Shown: positions 1 to 14,104 of the stretch, piece after piece | Numbering within the stretch: the first letter of the stretch is position 1 | How the letters are laid out: the number at the start of each line of letters is the position of its first letter | From: Eledone cirrhosa | Taxonomy: Eukaryota | Length of the DNA: 64,000 nt | Assembly: GCA_964016885.1 (NCBI GenBank) | Contig: OZ024743.1 | Location: 267,220,001-267,284,000, forward strand | Direction: 5' to 3' | Program-made: the position numbers and the translations under genes | The notes under the pieces: generated by a model | The model's input: the letters and a program-made list of their open reading frames with translations, nothing else | Database searches by the model: none | Told to the model about the DNA's origin: nothing

Positions 1-50
1 TATATATATACATATATATATATATATACATATATATATACATATATATG

Positions 51-175
<125 letters not shown>

Positions 176-820
176 AAGTAAAAAGGTAAAGAACCCACTT
201 TCAATCACGAATTAATACAGGACTTGCACCTAGATGGTTTCCCCCCGAGACATACACCCGAGCAAGGAAATATTAGTGTCTGCAGTTCTTTTCACATGCC
301 CACACAAGAGCAAGAATGAAGGATTCATTCTACTGACATGGCTATAAAATTGAGGCTTATTTGCATAATTGCAACCGAATCGAATGTTATTATTAATATT
401 CGAAAAACTTAGATTACATTTATTGTATTCAGCCAGGTATAGTGAAAATGTTCTTTTTTATTTGAATTTGGCAAAGCCGGCCATTTATCGCTCGTATACA
501 GGAAATTGACTGGCCAGTCTGCTGATATGCAAATCTGGTTGATCAGTCGATCTGATAATATGCAAATCAGGCCGATCAGTCACTGTGTATTCTTGAAAAT
601 AGCATATATTTTCACAAGCTCTGACAGTTTGGCAGGTGAACAGTGAGCTGTAGTGAAGAAGGGTGACACCCAGAAACATCCTGGGTATCACCCTTCATGA
701 GTTCTGTTTACATGCCAACACAACAGCAAGAATTAAAGGGGCATTCTACTGACATGGCTAAAAAATTGAGAGTTGTTTGCATAATTGCTAAAGAATCGAA
801 TGTTATCATTAATATTCGAA

Positions 821-1010
821 GGCGGTGGATTGGCAGTATCGGTAGAGGGTCGGACGCCATGCTTTATAGCAAAGAATTACGGCCCTTTATGGTCTGAATT
901 CAAATCCCGCTAAGGTTAACTTTGCCTTTCATCCTTACGGGGTCGATAAAATAAAGTACCAGTAATACACTTGGATATTTTCTGGCCTTGTGCCAAAAGT
1001 AGAAACAATT
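821..1010 (+). mobile_element. tRNA-derived SINE (octopus-type), full length, with 13-bp TSD
   Basis: A-box-like TGGCAGTATCGG, B-box-like ATTCAAATC, family core CCTTTCATCCTTACGGGGTCGATAAAATAAAGTACCAG, tail GGCCTTGTGCCAAAAGTAGAAACAATT; TSD ATTAATATTCGAA at 808-820 and 1011-1023. Confidence 0.9.
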
Positions 1011-1082
1011 ATTAATATTCGAAAAACCCAGATTTCATCTATTGTATTCAGCCATGTAGAGCGAACATTTTATTTTTTATTT

Positions 1083-1135
<53 letters not shown>

Positions 1136-1139
<4 letters not shown>

Positions 1140-3013
1140 TGGAGAATAACATGGTCAACAGTACACAAAAGGGGATTTATTGGCAGTCTAACAATTGTTT
1201 CGCTGATAGAGTTGTCTAAAAATGGCTGAACACGGAAAGCAGTGCCACTCAATTTTAAATACGATCTTACCGCTATTAGATCATCGGAAACTGTTAAAAA
1301 TATATTTATGTAACCGGCAAATTTACAAATTCAAATTACATCATCAATCATCATATTAATAATAAAGATATAGAGAGGAAAGGAGGAAGAAAGGGAGATA
1401 GATATAGTAAAGAAAGAAAGGAAAGAAAGGAGAAAGAAGAAGAAAAAGAAAAAGAGAAAGAAGATGAAAATGAGAAATTATTATAGATAGAAACATAAAG
1501 AGAGGAAGATATATAGAAGATGATGGTAGATAGAGGACAGACAAACATAAGTAAAAATACCTTAGGATAGAAAAAAGAATAGAGGTACACATAGATGAAT
1601 AAACGTTAATACATGAATAAATGTAAATAAAAATAAAAATAGATAAATAAAAAATAAAGGAAAAAATATATAAAAAAATATATAAAAATTGATAAATAAA
1701 GAAATAAATAAGTTATATCTAATGTGATATAAAATGGTATAAAATGTGAAACATAAAGAATAAAAATAAATACGTAAAAGGAGTAAAAAGAGTAAAAATG
1801 TGCGAAGAATATTTAAACATATTAAAATTATTGATAATGGTTTTTAAGAATTGTTGAAATATATGGAGAGATAATGAGGTGAAAATATGAAAATGTTAAA
1901 TATAATTATGTGTGTATTGGTTATTTTAATAAATAAATTAATTAATTAGTTTTAAGTTATATTATATGATAAAATAAAATGACAGAGAAGAAATAAATTT
2001 AGGGAGAGAAATATAAAGATAGTGAATGAAAAATAGAGATATATAAAATAAGAATGTAAATATAAGAGGTTTTGATGTTGTTCTTCGATAGATGATGACA
2101 ATTATAATTATAATTTTAATTATAATTATAATGATGATGATGTTGATAATGTGATATCATAATAGATTCAAGTGGTACAATCTGGCTTATGGAATAGATA
2201 AGATGTAATTAAGCTGGTCTAATGTTCTCAAATCGCCGATTTATGTCGACAAAAAATAGTGTTTTCAAGTTTTCTGTTAAGAAGAATTTTGCTATAATTT
2301 AAAATTTGGAAAAGTTCCATATTACAGAGACCACAGTGGGACATACCAATTTGATAGCTTTGTCAAGCTGATTTTATATTCCATCTTTGCATCTTTAAGT
2401 TTCTAGATTTTATTGGCGAGAGTCTTTGAGAGATTCCTGTTAGTCATAGAGTATCTATGTACGTACCACCTTTTCTTAAACTCCCTAGCTGTGGAACCAT
2501 TGTAATGCCATTACAAGCTCCCTGAATTTATAGTACATAGGTATACTATATTTGTCTCTAGGTATCTATTGTGTAAAGGGCATTTGTCAGGTAGATGGCA
2601 GTTACATTTAGATGCTTTTCTATGCGCCGGTTCTTCTATATGGTTTCGTAGGTTGCTATGTATGGGCTGAGAATTGGGTTTGTTGATGTATTGTGGTGAT
2701 GTACTCTGACGTGTGTTTGGTTGTGATGATGTTATATGCTTATGTTTTGTATTAGGTGTTATGGTACTTATTTGCGGGCCGCTTGTATTATAAATTCTTT
2801 TATAATTATCTGTTTGTACTGTTGACCATGTTATTCTCCACTTTTTCAATTTTATTACACCAAGATAAATTTACATGGGAATACAAGTGAAATCATCAAC
2901 TCGCCATCTATGTAAACCTCTTGTTCAGTCAAGCAACGCCGTACGCTAAAACTATCCATAATAAGAAGTATTCACAACCTCTAATTGGATTACCTATAAC
3001 GATATTTTGTTAT
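1136..3013 (-). mobile_element. Penelope-like element (Naiad-type), 5'-truncated, with pLTR at left end and short inverted terminus plus extension at right end
   Basis: Minus-strand GIY-YIG remnant ~2215-2810 (CNCHLPDKCPLHNRYLETNIVYLC); 1136-1165 recurs inverted at ~2816-2846; 2846-3013 is homologous (inverted) to 32738-32905; flanked by (TA)n. Confidence 0.85.
1184..1293 (-). ncRNA. Hammerhead-ribozyme-like motif (type I, minimal palindromic stem III, ~79-nt stem II region)
   Basis: Minus strand reads cagttt-CCGATGA-tctaatag...ctatcagc-GAAAC-AATT-GTT-agactg; stem I cagttt/agactg pairs. Confidence 0.65.
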
Positions 3014-3204
3014 CCTTTATATATATATATATATATGTAATGTATAATGTATATATATATATAATACATAAACACACACACACACACACACCCATATATA
3101 TATGTTAAAGTTAAAGACATTTTTATATTTCTCATGACAGGCTGAATGAGTTGGGGGACCAGAACCCAGCACAACTTGATTACCTGTTTATGTCACTATT
3201 GTAA

Positions 3205-3305
<101 letters not shown>

Positions 3306-3633
3306 AATAGTGCTAGACCTCTAGAAATCATTTCACTATAAAATAAAGTTGCCTATACTCTGCCATCATATGGAGTACCTTTTATCAACTGTGATCACCT
3401 CCCGATACCCACCTGAATCCCTCTATATTTATGTATTTATAAATAAATATGCATATATATATAGCCAACATCTGACATAAAATCACTGACGGGTAGTAAT
3501 TAGATTTATTTTAGCGAACTTTTTTCATTGAGATATATTGGTGACGAATTTACTTATATATGATAACGGCTTCAAAACCTAAAGGACACCATGACTGCCG
3601 GTGGACAACTGTATATATAAATATAAATGTGTG

Positions 3634-3744
<111 letters not shown>

Positions 3745-4241
3745 GCTAATAAAGCTGACGGACGTATGTATGTAACAAACTTTTAGCCAAATGTCTGAAC
3801 CAAACGGCACCAAATTTGCACCGTAGATGTAACTTTTTCCAAGAAGTGAGGGTAATTTTGCCTACTAAATTTTGTTAAAAGATTAAAGATATTAATTAAA
3901 TATTCACTTCTTTAAAATTTTCAAATGTCAAGACTTCCGGTTATACGACATTCCTCTCTCTTTCTTATTCCGTCTTTTTAGATAGATAAATAGCTATAAC
4001 GCCTTTATAATATGTCTCTGTATGTCTGGCTGTCTTCATTATGGAACCTATTCTGTACATTGACTTCACTATCTGTGTGTGTATATATGTATATATATAG
4101 TGTGTGTATATATAAATATATAGTGTGTATATATATAGTGTTAGTATCATGAATAAGAGACAGTTTAATTTGTACATTTTCTTACAGCATTCCTTTATAC
4201 GTATATATACATGTTATTTACAGTTGTATAAAAAAGAAGTA

Positions 4242-4303
4242 TAATTGTTTCTACTTTTGACACAAGGCAATCAATTATTACAGTACATTACTGGTACTTT
4301 ATT
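4242..4303 (-). mobile_element. SINE 3' fragment
   Basis: Reverse complement of the SINE tail (ATAATTGTTTCTACTTTTGACACAAGGC...CTGGTACTTTATT). Confidence 0.8.
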
Positions 4304-4484
4304 ATATATAATATATATAATACGACATTCCTCTCCCTTTCTTGCTCTGTCATTTTAGATAGATACATAGCTATAACGTCGCGCGCTTATAATATCTCTC
4401 TGTATGTCGTCCTGCCTGCATTGACTTCGCTTCTAACCAACTTTTAATTAATTATATATGTATATATAATTATATATCCGTGTA

Positions 4485-5470
4485 CATATTTTCAACAGTA
4501 ATACTATACTATACTATATAGTTTCAACAGTAATACTATACTAACTGTATTCAACAGTCATACTATAGTATATATTTCATCAGTAATACTATACTATATA
4601 TTTTCAACAGTAATACTATACCATACTATATGTATTCAACAGTCATACTATATTATATGTTTTCCACAGTAATACTTTACTATACTATATATTTTCAACA
4701 GCAATACTGTACTATACTATATATTTTCCACAGTAATACTATAATATACTATATATTTTCAACAGTAATACTGTTCTGTACTATAAACTTTCAAGAGTAA
4801 TACTATACTGTACTATATATTTTCAATAGTGTTATTATACTATACTATATATTTTCAACAGTAATACTATACTATATATTTTTTAGAGTAATACTGTACT
4901 ATATATTTTCAACAGTAATATTATACTATTAATTTTCAATAGTAATACTGTACTATACGATATATTTACAACAGTAATACTATACGATATATTTTCAACA
5001 GTAATACTATTCTATATGCTTTCAACAGAAATACTGTACTATACTAAACATCTTCAACAGTAATACTGTACTATATATTTTCAACAGTAATACTATAATA
5101 TACTATATATTTTGAACAGTCATACTATACTATATATTTTCATCAGTAATACTATACTATACTATATACTTTCTACAGTAATACTATACTATCCTATATA
5201 TTTTCAACAGAAATACTGTACTATACTAAACATCTTCAACAGTAATACTGTACTATATATTTTCAACAGTAATACTATAATATACTATATATTTTGAACA
5301 GTCATACTATACTATATATTTTCATCAGTAATACTATACTATACTATATACTTTCTACAGTAATACTATACTATCCTATATATTTTCAACAGTAATACTG
5401 TACTATACTATATATTTTCAACAGTAATACTATACTATACTATATATTTTCAACAGTAATACTATACTAC
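4485..5470. repeat. Minisatellite, ~25-30 bp unit TATATTTTCAACAGTAATACTATAC(TATAC)
   Basis: Dozens of tandem degenerate copies visible directly. Confidence 0.95.
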
Positions 5471-5691
5471 ACAGACGGCTTATCGTCTGTTGATGCAAGC
5501 GAAACTAGGTATGTCAGCTATATATATATATTTGGATCCTGTACAACACGCCAATGGTAGCCGGGCGCAAGCCGGGCGATCCAGCTACCATATATATAAG
5601 ATTGAGCGTGTATGTGCGTGTGAACGTGTGTTAGATTTTGCGTGTGTGTCTGTGTTTATATGGAGATATTGTGTGAAAGAGATATAAATAA

Positions 5692-5874
5692 ATAATTGTT
5701 TCTACTGTTGGCACAAGGCCAGCAATTACCCAGTACATTACTGGTACTTTATTTTATCGACCCCGTAAGGATGAAAGGCGAAGTTAACCTCGGCGGGATT
5801 TAAACTCAGAATAGCAAGGGCCGTAACTCTATGCGTCAAAGCATGGCGTCCTACCCTCTACCGATACTGCCAAT
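5692..5874 (-). mobile_element. tRNA-derived SINE
   Basis: Reverse-complement match to the 821-1010 SINE along its length. Confidence 0.9.
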
Positions 5875-6882
5875 ATAATGAAATAGAGAGAGGAAGCCAG
5901 TTAGTCAACCGCACAGTAGATCTTGGTCACGGAGTAGTAGTAGGAAGTGTATCTAACATGGATCATGCGGTAAATTTGAAATAGTTTCGGAGAAAATATA
6001 GTGTGGCTGGCAGATGGATTCATGTCCATCAACTGACGAATTACCCCCCAAGGTCTTTCTCTCTGTTTTAACATTTTGTTAACGTTCGTTTACGTCAGTA
6101 GTTTGGTGAAATTATCATTGTTTGGGTTTAAAAATTCACATTTGCTAAAGTTGTGGAATCGAATGCTATATTGGTTTTTGAATTGTTGCCTTTCATTTTT
6201 GTTTCACTCACCACAGATGATGTTACCATAACATAATTTTCGTTGTGTGAGGCAATACGCCTCAAAACCTTTGAAATATGTGCACGAATTGAAATGTTAG
6301 ATTAGCGAATAAAGTAATTTAAAACATTTCCAATGTTATCAATATCGTCATTCAGGGTTTTAAGATTTTCAAGTCCAGGCATCGAATATTACATACAAGT
6401 AATTACTTGTTACCCATAGATGTATTGTATATAAAAATATTATATGTGCTTGAATATGTTTTTCATATACACCTCTATTATTCTTAAACACTGTTACTGC
6501 CAATTAAATATAACCAACCAATCACGCGCAATATGAAAATAACCATTTCCAGCCGAAGTTTTCTATTTGTTATACGAGTAATCAAATCAGCATCTCCAGC
6601 AAGTGATCATGTTATATTCTATATAAACCATAGTCTATTTCATGCCAGTATGTTTTGTGTGAATGTCACTTACGGAAGATTAAAAAAGATCTTGAAAGAG
6701 AAATAAACTGGCAATTCTATATGTTCATGAAGGAAAATATTTTTTTTTACGGTTCGTTACCTTCCTTTACGAAAAAAACATTTTTCTTTGGCAGCAATGC
6801 TATCCGTATGCTTATTGTATATAAACGTATTATATATGTTTACATATATTTTCATATACAACTATCTCACGCTCTCCGCCTC

Positions 6883-6999
<117 letters not shown>

Positions 7000-7063
7000 G
7001 GAAAAAATCGATAGATAGAGGTAGATGGATAGACAGACAGATATATTGATAAATATATAGATA

Positions 7064-7120
7064 TATTTCTTTATTAGCCACAGGGGCACAAAAGAAGGGG
7101 ACAAATACAAAGGGGGAAGT
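7064..7120 (-). mobile_element. 3' tail of an L1/Tx1-type LINE or of a SINE sharing that tail
   Basis: Minus strand TTTGTCCCCTTCTTTTGTGCCCCTGTGGCTAATAAAGAAAT resembles the 3' end of the Tx1-type element at ~63735-63760 (GCCCTTGTGGCCAATACAGAAAT). Confidence 0.55.
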
Positions 7121-7553
7121 TTACATACAATAAAAACGTGTAAAATGTTATCACAGATGGAATTTAAAAGTTAGTCGATTTTCCCCAATAGATATATAGA
7201 TAGATAGATAAAGTGTTGCAAAAGCGTTAGCGTGGACGTGTGTGCGACGTTAAACAATAAATGACAAAGAAATACATTGTCAGATGCATAAAATCATAGT
7301 GAGTAACGCGACAGATTCAATTGAGAGCGTATCTGAGAGTAAGGGGGGGGGGGACATAATTTAGAGACTGAGGGAAAGGGACCATGGAAGAAAGATAGAT
7401 GTATAAAGATAGATAAAATAATCGAGAGAGAGAACGAGAAAGAATGATGCGGTATGAGAAAGAGAGAGAGAGAGAGATAGATATATAGATAGATAGATAT
7501 AGAGAGAGATATATATATATATAGAGAGAGAGAGAGAAAGAGAGAGAGAGAAA

Positions 7554-7605
<52 letters not shown>

Positions 7606-9529
7606 CAAGAGTGGGAAAATTATCACGTAATTTCTGAGAGTTGTGTAATCTTCAGATTCCATATTGATTGGTTGAAAAACCGCAGCGCGAAAGACCGGTT
7701 TACGATAACTACTTCCGCTCTATTCGACAGGAAATACCTGCCATCTAGTGAGCAAGCTGGACATTAAACATACATCAACACTGCACTAAAGAGATGACAA
7801 ATCAGACTTTATTTTCATCTCACTGTCTGCAACTCTACATGAAACAAAGCAAAATGTAACACAATAATGAAAGAAGGAAAAGGAAAAGACGAAAATGAAA
7901 GAAAGAAATAACAAAGAAAAAATTAACGAAAGAAACACAAACATGAGGATAGAGTAAAATAAAAAATAATAAAACTAGGAAGAATCAAAACAAAATGGCG
8001 AATAAAGAAAGAGACTGGTTGAACGCTAAAAACCAAACAAAAACATATAACACCAAAAGTCGTCAAAAAAATTATTCACACCCACACCAACACAAAAAAG
8101 GCAAAACAGTGAAAATACCAAGACAGAAAAGAACAAAGGAACATGAGATTTTAAAAAGAAAAATATAAAAAAAAGCACTGATAGGAATTAAATGTGGTGA
8201 TGTTGGCAGTGGTATGGGGGCGGGAAAATCAAAGGGAACTGAGTGTAAGAATGAGTGTAGCGTGGAATAATGAATGAAATAAAACATGAAAATGAAAGCT
8301 ACGATGAAAGTTTCTGAGAAGAAGGAGAATAAGAATGAAATATTGAAAGATGAAAGAAAATGGTGGCTAGATAATGAAGATGAAAAAGAGATTAATTAAT
8401 TTAAGAATTACGAATGAAGAGAAAAGCTTTACTGTATGTGTGTATATACGTGTGTATTCATGTAAAAGTCTATGTATGAGAGTGTGTATATATATATGCG
8501 TGTGTAAGAGAGAGAGAGAGAGAGTAGTGCATACGATGTATAGCTATGGTTGTGTGTGTGCGTGTGTGTGTGTGTGAGGCTATGTCGTTTATTTACGTAG
8601 TTGCATGCATGTGTATTTGTATTGTACGTATTGCTAGTATGTATAAGCGGGGACAGTAGTGAATAAATTAGTATGTGTATGAGTGATACGGTGAAATCAA
8701 GTGAGTGAGTGTGTGTAAGTGTGTGTGTGTGGCAGTAGCTGTGCGTGTTAGTGATTAACTGACTAATTGAGTAAGTGACTTAGGAAAATAACTCCGAAAA
8801 TGTGTGTTTATGATTAAATGAATGTATGTAAGTGAATGAGAGTGTGAGTGAGAATGAGCGACTGATTGAACAATTGAGTAAGTTTGGGTATGTAAGTGGT
8901 AGATTGAGCAAGTGATTGATTGAATGAGTGTGTGAGAGGTTAGATGAGAGAGTGAAACATTGAACTGATGTACAGTGAGGGGGGGGGGGGGGGGCGAGTG
9001 TGAGTGAAGGATTCCGTGTGAACTAGAGTCAATGTGTATATATAAACGAATGAGTGTGTGAATGTGTGTATTGAATATGTGAGTGAGTGAATGCGTGATT
9101 GGGGGACTGGTTGTGATTGAAAGAATGCATAGGAGAGTTAAAACGAAGGAAAAAATGAAGAACATTGAAGGTAGTAAAAAAGAAAAGAAGAACATGAATG
9201 CAAGCAAATATACGTAAAACAACATATAAAAGTAAAACAAACTAGTGAGATGAGAACAAATATAAGAATAAAATAAAAATAAGAAAATACTTGAAGCAAT
9301 AAAAACAAATAAAAAGGAAATAAATGATACCAAAAATAAGAAAGCGAACAGCATAAATAATAATAGTAATAATAATGATGATAATAATATTTTTTCTTCT
9401 GAAGATTTGAAGAAAAAGTGTTCGCATGTATTCCACTCCATTAAAGATTCTGTGGCCGAATTGATTCTGACGAAACGAAAGTGGAGTAGCTTAAAATCTT
9501 AAAGAGCATCTCATCGTTCTAATCCTCAT

Positions 9530-10085
9530 ATCACTATCACCACCATCACAGTTACCTTCACCAACAACACAACTGCCACTAACATAACCATCATAGCCAC
9601 CTCCACCACAACCTCAACAATCACCATAACCACCACTATCACCACCACCACTATCACAACTATCATGACAACCACTGCCAACGATACTACCACGACCAAC
9701 AACGTGAAGAAATAGCACTATGCTGAAATGCCACTATCAATACCAACATCACCAATAATTCTTCCATCCCCAACGTCTCAAATAACACCATCCCCACCAC
9801 CTAGAAAAGCAATAACATTACCAACACCACTAGGTCCACCTCCATTTGCCGCACCATTAAAAACACCAACGACAACGGCACTACCATTATCAACATCTCA
9901 TGCACTACGACCGCCACCACTATTAGCAAAACTACTACGACCATCAACATCAACAATATGAATATCACCATTAACACCACCACTTCCACCACAACCACAA
10001 CGACTAGCTCAACAACAACAAGCATTACCACTAACATTACAAACAGCTTTGCCCCCACCATTAACACCACCACTACCATCAGTCT
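9530..10085. repeat. Degenerate (ACC/AAC)n low-complexity tract
   Basis: Trinucleotide periodicity; overlapping ORFs are compositional artefacts. Confidence 0.8.
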
Positions 10086-10651
10086 TGCTACTTGAAGCTA
10101 GCACTTTCTACCTTTCTACCCCATCTGTACCTCCAGCTGTTTCAGTAACACTACCACATTCTCTTCACCAATTCGGTTCCCCCCTCCTCAGTCACGTTTT
10201 TCTTCTTTTCTATGTTTCCTTCGCAACAGCCTGTCATCATTGCCTTAAATACTGTTCCATTATTGCATTTCTTTGATGGCCCATTCTTACGTTGCCGTTC
10301 TTACGATGTACCACAATGAGTTAGGTTGGCTGCCGTTTGCGCATCACTTCATACGGCGGTGGCGTGATAAATGGGGCGATTTTAAAACTTGGATGTAAAC
10401 AAATCACATATTCACAGACAAATAAGGTTTTCCATAAAGGTACACACACACTCATTCACACGCATACATAAATATATATGAATATTCACATACATGCACA
10501 CACACCCGCAAGCATATATACCTGAGTACCCGAGTATAAATCCATGATTTAGTCAATATAAATAGATATGTATACAACTATACATGTGTGTGTGTTTACA
10601 AATACAAAATATGCAAAACACTTTCTCACACACACGCACGTACACACACAC

Positions 10652-10701
<50 letters not shown>

Positions 10702-10702
10702 T

Positions 10703-10817
<115 letters not shown>

Positions 10818-11500
10818 GTCGGATGGTAGCTAAGTTGCTTACATAGGCGGTATGCCGGTTGAGCACTCTATGTTCTTACAGAGCAGAGTATGATATAATA
10901 TAGAACGAAAAATCAGTGATGCATCTGAAACCAATTTATTGTGCGTTACAATTGTTTCGCCGGCGGACAAGTCGAGACACGATCATTGTGTGGATCTGTC
11001 TGATTCTGGACCCGCAGGTTTGACGGACACGTCTAATGATTTCGGAGCATATTCTTCTACTGGGGTATCTGACCCTGTGGGCCAGTACTGTCAAAAACTT
11101 CATCCTCTTCGCGCGTCCAGTGATTGGCCGCTGGTTGCCTAGGTCATCATAAATTCTGAACACAGGTATTATTCCGCTGTCCAATGTCTGCTACACTTCA
11201 ATGAATTACTGCTGTGTTTGCTAGTCCACACATCCACGCCCGCACTCACGCACACACACACACACACCACCACCACATAGATACCGACAGTCGTACGCAT
11301 AGGCTCCCGCTATACCCACACATCAAGGAGAACATATAAACATATAAACATACGCATACATTCATCCAGAGAGGCACGTATATACATAGACACATGCCAA
11401 CAGGCCTACACACATGCTCATACACATGCATACGCGTATATATACAGGTACACACAAACACGTACAGACATGAACGTAGACCCCCACCCCCACCACCCCC
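10818..11500 (-). mobile_element. Solo Penelope-like pLTR, diverged relative of 18953-19450 and 22920-23396
   Basis: Shares GGTAGCTAAGTTGCTTACATAGGCGGTATGCCGGTTGAGCACTCTATG...GTGATGCATCTG...GTTACAATTGTTTC with those copies; decayed hammerhead remnant ~10941-11031 (minus GAAAC-AATT-GTA). Confidence 0.7.
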
Positions 11501-11708
11501 TCTTGCATTATCTTCGTAAACTGCCGATGTTGTATTTTAACTTTAATTTTGTTTTAATTTTGTTTCAATATGATTTTAATTTTTGAATTTAAATTGCCAT
11601 GCTAAAATATTATAATGGATGTCACACCACTGTGCATCGATATATACATATGTTTCCGTATGTCTCTTGTGTTGGAAAGGAGGTCATGTATGTAAACAAT
11701 CATTGAAA

Positions 11709-11762
11709 AATTGCTCCGAAGACTCCAAACCTCGGTTTGGACGAAACAATTGTAAGCTAATA
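11709..11762 (+). ncRNA. Minimal type I hammerhead-ribozyme motif in a PLE-like terminus (~11520-11897)
   Basis: aattgct-CCGAAGA-c-tccaaac-ctcg-gtttgga-c-GAAAC-AATT-GTA-agctaat; 7-bp stem II, palindromic ACAATTGT stem III. Confidence 0.75.
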
Positions 11763-11911
11763 AATGGTTTGAACAGAACTTTGATTCATGGGATTTCTAT
11801 ATAACTGCTCTGTAGAACAACTGATGTTATTACATTGAGCTATTTATCTTACTGGTAATAAGGTAGTAATAAATTACTGTCTTTCACGGTGTAAAATATA
11901 TATATCCTTAA

Positions 11912-11941
<30 letters not shown>

Positions 11942-11945
<4 letters not shown>

Positions 11946-12182
11946 ATAATAATAAATTTGAAGACTAAAATCCAAAGAGGGCTCGATAAGGATAAATATA
12001 TATCAAATATATAAGAAGAGTAGAGCAAATATTTATTAAAATAACAGATTAAAGTTTAAGCGAAGAATCGCTGCTTTCACGCTTAATGGGATTTTCTGAA
12101 ACTCATGAGTTTCAGAAGATCCCGTTAACGGTGAAAGCACCGATTCTTTGCTTAAACTTTAATCTGTTATTTTAATAAATAT
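11942..12182. mobile_element. Fold-back mini-element: ~75-bp inverted arms (12030-12180) plus left extension; terminus of the PLE family at 12675-14020
   Basis: Palindrome centred on ACTCATGAGT (12101-12110); right arm matches 13948-14020; a further fragment at ~31452-31498. Confidence 0.8.
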
Positions 12183-12200
12183 ATATATATATATATATAT

Positions 12201-12566
12201 GAAAGACGTAAAATAAGAATATTTTAAAAATTAAAAATTAACTTACTTACTAAAATTTTCACGCCAACTAATTATTTTCTGTAATGGGATAAAGATAGTT
12301 ACGCAATGTAACCATCGAGAATTCATTACGTCATCAGGGAGTCTATTCTCAGCTAAGTCTCCAGGCAATGCGCGGACACTAGGGACTCATATAAAAATAA
12401 TAATTCGGTGGATGGAACAGCTGGCGGGGACTGAATTCTATAGCACTGAAAAAGTTCACTGTCTCTGGCCAAGTGGCAGATTCTAAAGAATCAATCACGT
12501 GACACTGAGGCTAGTCAGAAGGGGTGGGATGGTATAATGACAAGAGCTTACTACTACTACAATGAC
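12201..12566 (-). mobile_element. PLE-like terminal repeat with hammerhead motif (12261-12342); homologous to ~32240-32595
   Basis: Minus strand actcc-CTGATGA-cgtaatg...cattaca-GAAAA-TAATTA-GTT-ggcgt; flanks align with 32240-32595; between (TA)n tracts. Confidence 0.7.
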
Positions 12567-12568
12567 TA

Positions 12569-12659
<91 letters not shown>

Positions 12660-12674
12660 GTGTGTGTGTGTGGG

Positions 12675-14018
12675 CCTACATAGGGTTAACCGCCAATAGA
12701 TTCAAGCAGCGTCTTTACATGCATACCCATTCTTTTCGTTACCCTCTAAGAAGGAATATGACATCACTTTCAGCTTATATCTGGAGTCTAAAAGACAACC
12801 ATACCCAATATAAATTACACTGGGAGATCCTAGCTAAGGCTAGATCGTATAACGGAAATAAAGGACAATGTGACCACTGCGCCGCTGAGGCCATGGAAAT
12901 ACTCTACGCCACAGACCACATCTTAAACAAAAAATCTGAGGCAATTTCGGCTTGTAAACATAAATTGCACAACACTTTCCTTTATTACAGACCCACATTA
13001 TAACCTAACGGATAGTACGATCTATACGCGGATATTTTACGTCTTGATGTGGTAGATAATTATATGTTATGTTTATACCATTACTTATTTGAATAGTTAA
13101 GTATATATTACCTGTATGTTTTGTGAAGGTACGTATAATTTCTCGTGCGTATATTTGATTGTATATGTTATGGCGTATATTTTTTATATATTCTGGTACA
13201 TATGCTTTTGGTTATGTGTATACGTGAGTTTTGCGTCTGTGTGAGTATGCGGGTTCGTACGTATGCAGGGTGTGTGTATATGTGTACTTCGTGTTTTGGT
13301 TGACGTACGTCTTTGAACATTTGTGTATTTACATGTAGGTATGTGTGTGCGCTTGTTACATACGTATTTATTTATTTATATACGCTTATTTAATTATTTG
13401 TATACACGCACACACACACACACATATATATATATTTGCGTGTATTTGTATACCTATGGCGAGTGTTTTCGCGTATGCTTTTGTATGTACGTATTTGGGT
13501 GTGTGTATGTATTTATTTAATTTCTATTACCTCTGTATTTTATTTACTTTATTCTTAACTCTGAAGCGGAGAATAATTCGGTTTCCTAGTTAGAAATTTA
13601 GTCTCCGACTTCAGTTAAACCATTTACGTGGTTTTGTCTTTGTGTGCAATTGTTCTCCACGCTTCACATATGACGTATTATCTTCGTTTTTTTCGTTCAT
13701 TGCCAGAGAACCTCTCTATGAACCACCTAAGAGAATATTAGTCTACGACTTCTTTTATACCATAAACGTGGTTCTGTCTTTGCGTGTAATTGTTTTTCAC
13801 CGCTCCAAATAATGACGTATTATATTCGTTTTTTTCCCGTTCTGTGCCAGGGAACGTTTCCACGAACCAAAGTATCGTCTTCATGTCTTCCACCGGTTGC
13901 AACGTTTTTTGAAATATTCACTTCTGCGTTTAGAGATTGACTTTGTTAGTTTCAGAAGATCCCGTTAAGGGTGAAAGCAGCGACTCTTTGCTTAAACTTT
14001 AATCTGTTATTTTAATAA

Positions 14019-14020
<2 letters not shown>
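12675..14020 (+). mobile_element. Penelope-like (Naiad-type) element 3' portion with GIY-YIG endonuclease ORF 12675-13003
   Basis: [48 protein letters not shown]; ~140-bp tandem duplication 13600-13870 in the 3' region; ends at (TA)n. Confidence 0.85.

Positions 14021-14104
<84 letters not shown>

Noticed and set aside
176-280. Fragment resembling an interspersed repeat end (AAAGGTAAAG...TTGCACCTAGA)
   Set aside because: Single short diverged copy; family cannot be supported from this window alone.
821-910. tRNA gene
   Set aside because: Has A/B-box-like motifs but no cloverleaf, and is always attached to the SINE body.
3550-3620. Hammerhead-like spacing TGATAA-CGGC...GCCG-GTGGAC-AACT-GTA
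   Set aside because: Both core boxes deviate at several invariant positions and stem I is just (TA)n.
8755-9441. 228-aa hydrophobic ORF resembling a membrane protein
   Set aside because: Derived from the complement of A-rich and GAGT-rich low-complexity DNA; no recognisable motif.
9467-9486. CTGACGA-AAC-GAAA hammerhead-like boxes
   Set aside because: No stem II, stem III or NUH; likely chance.
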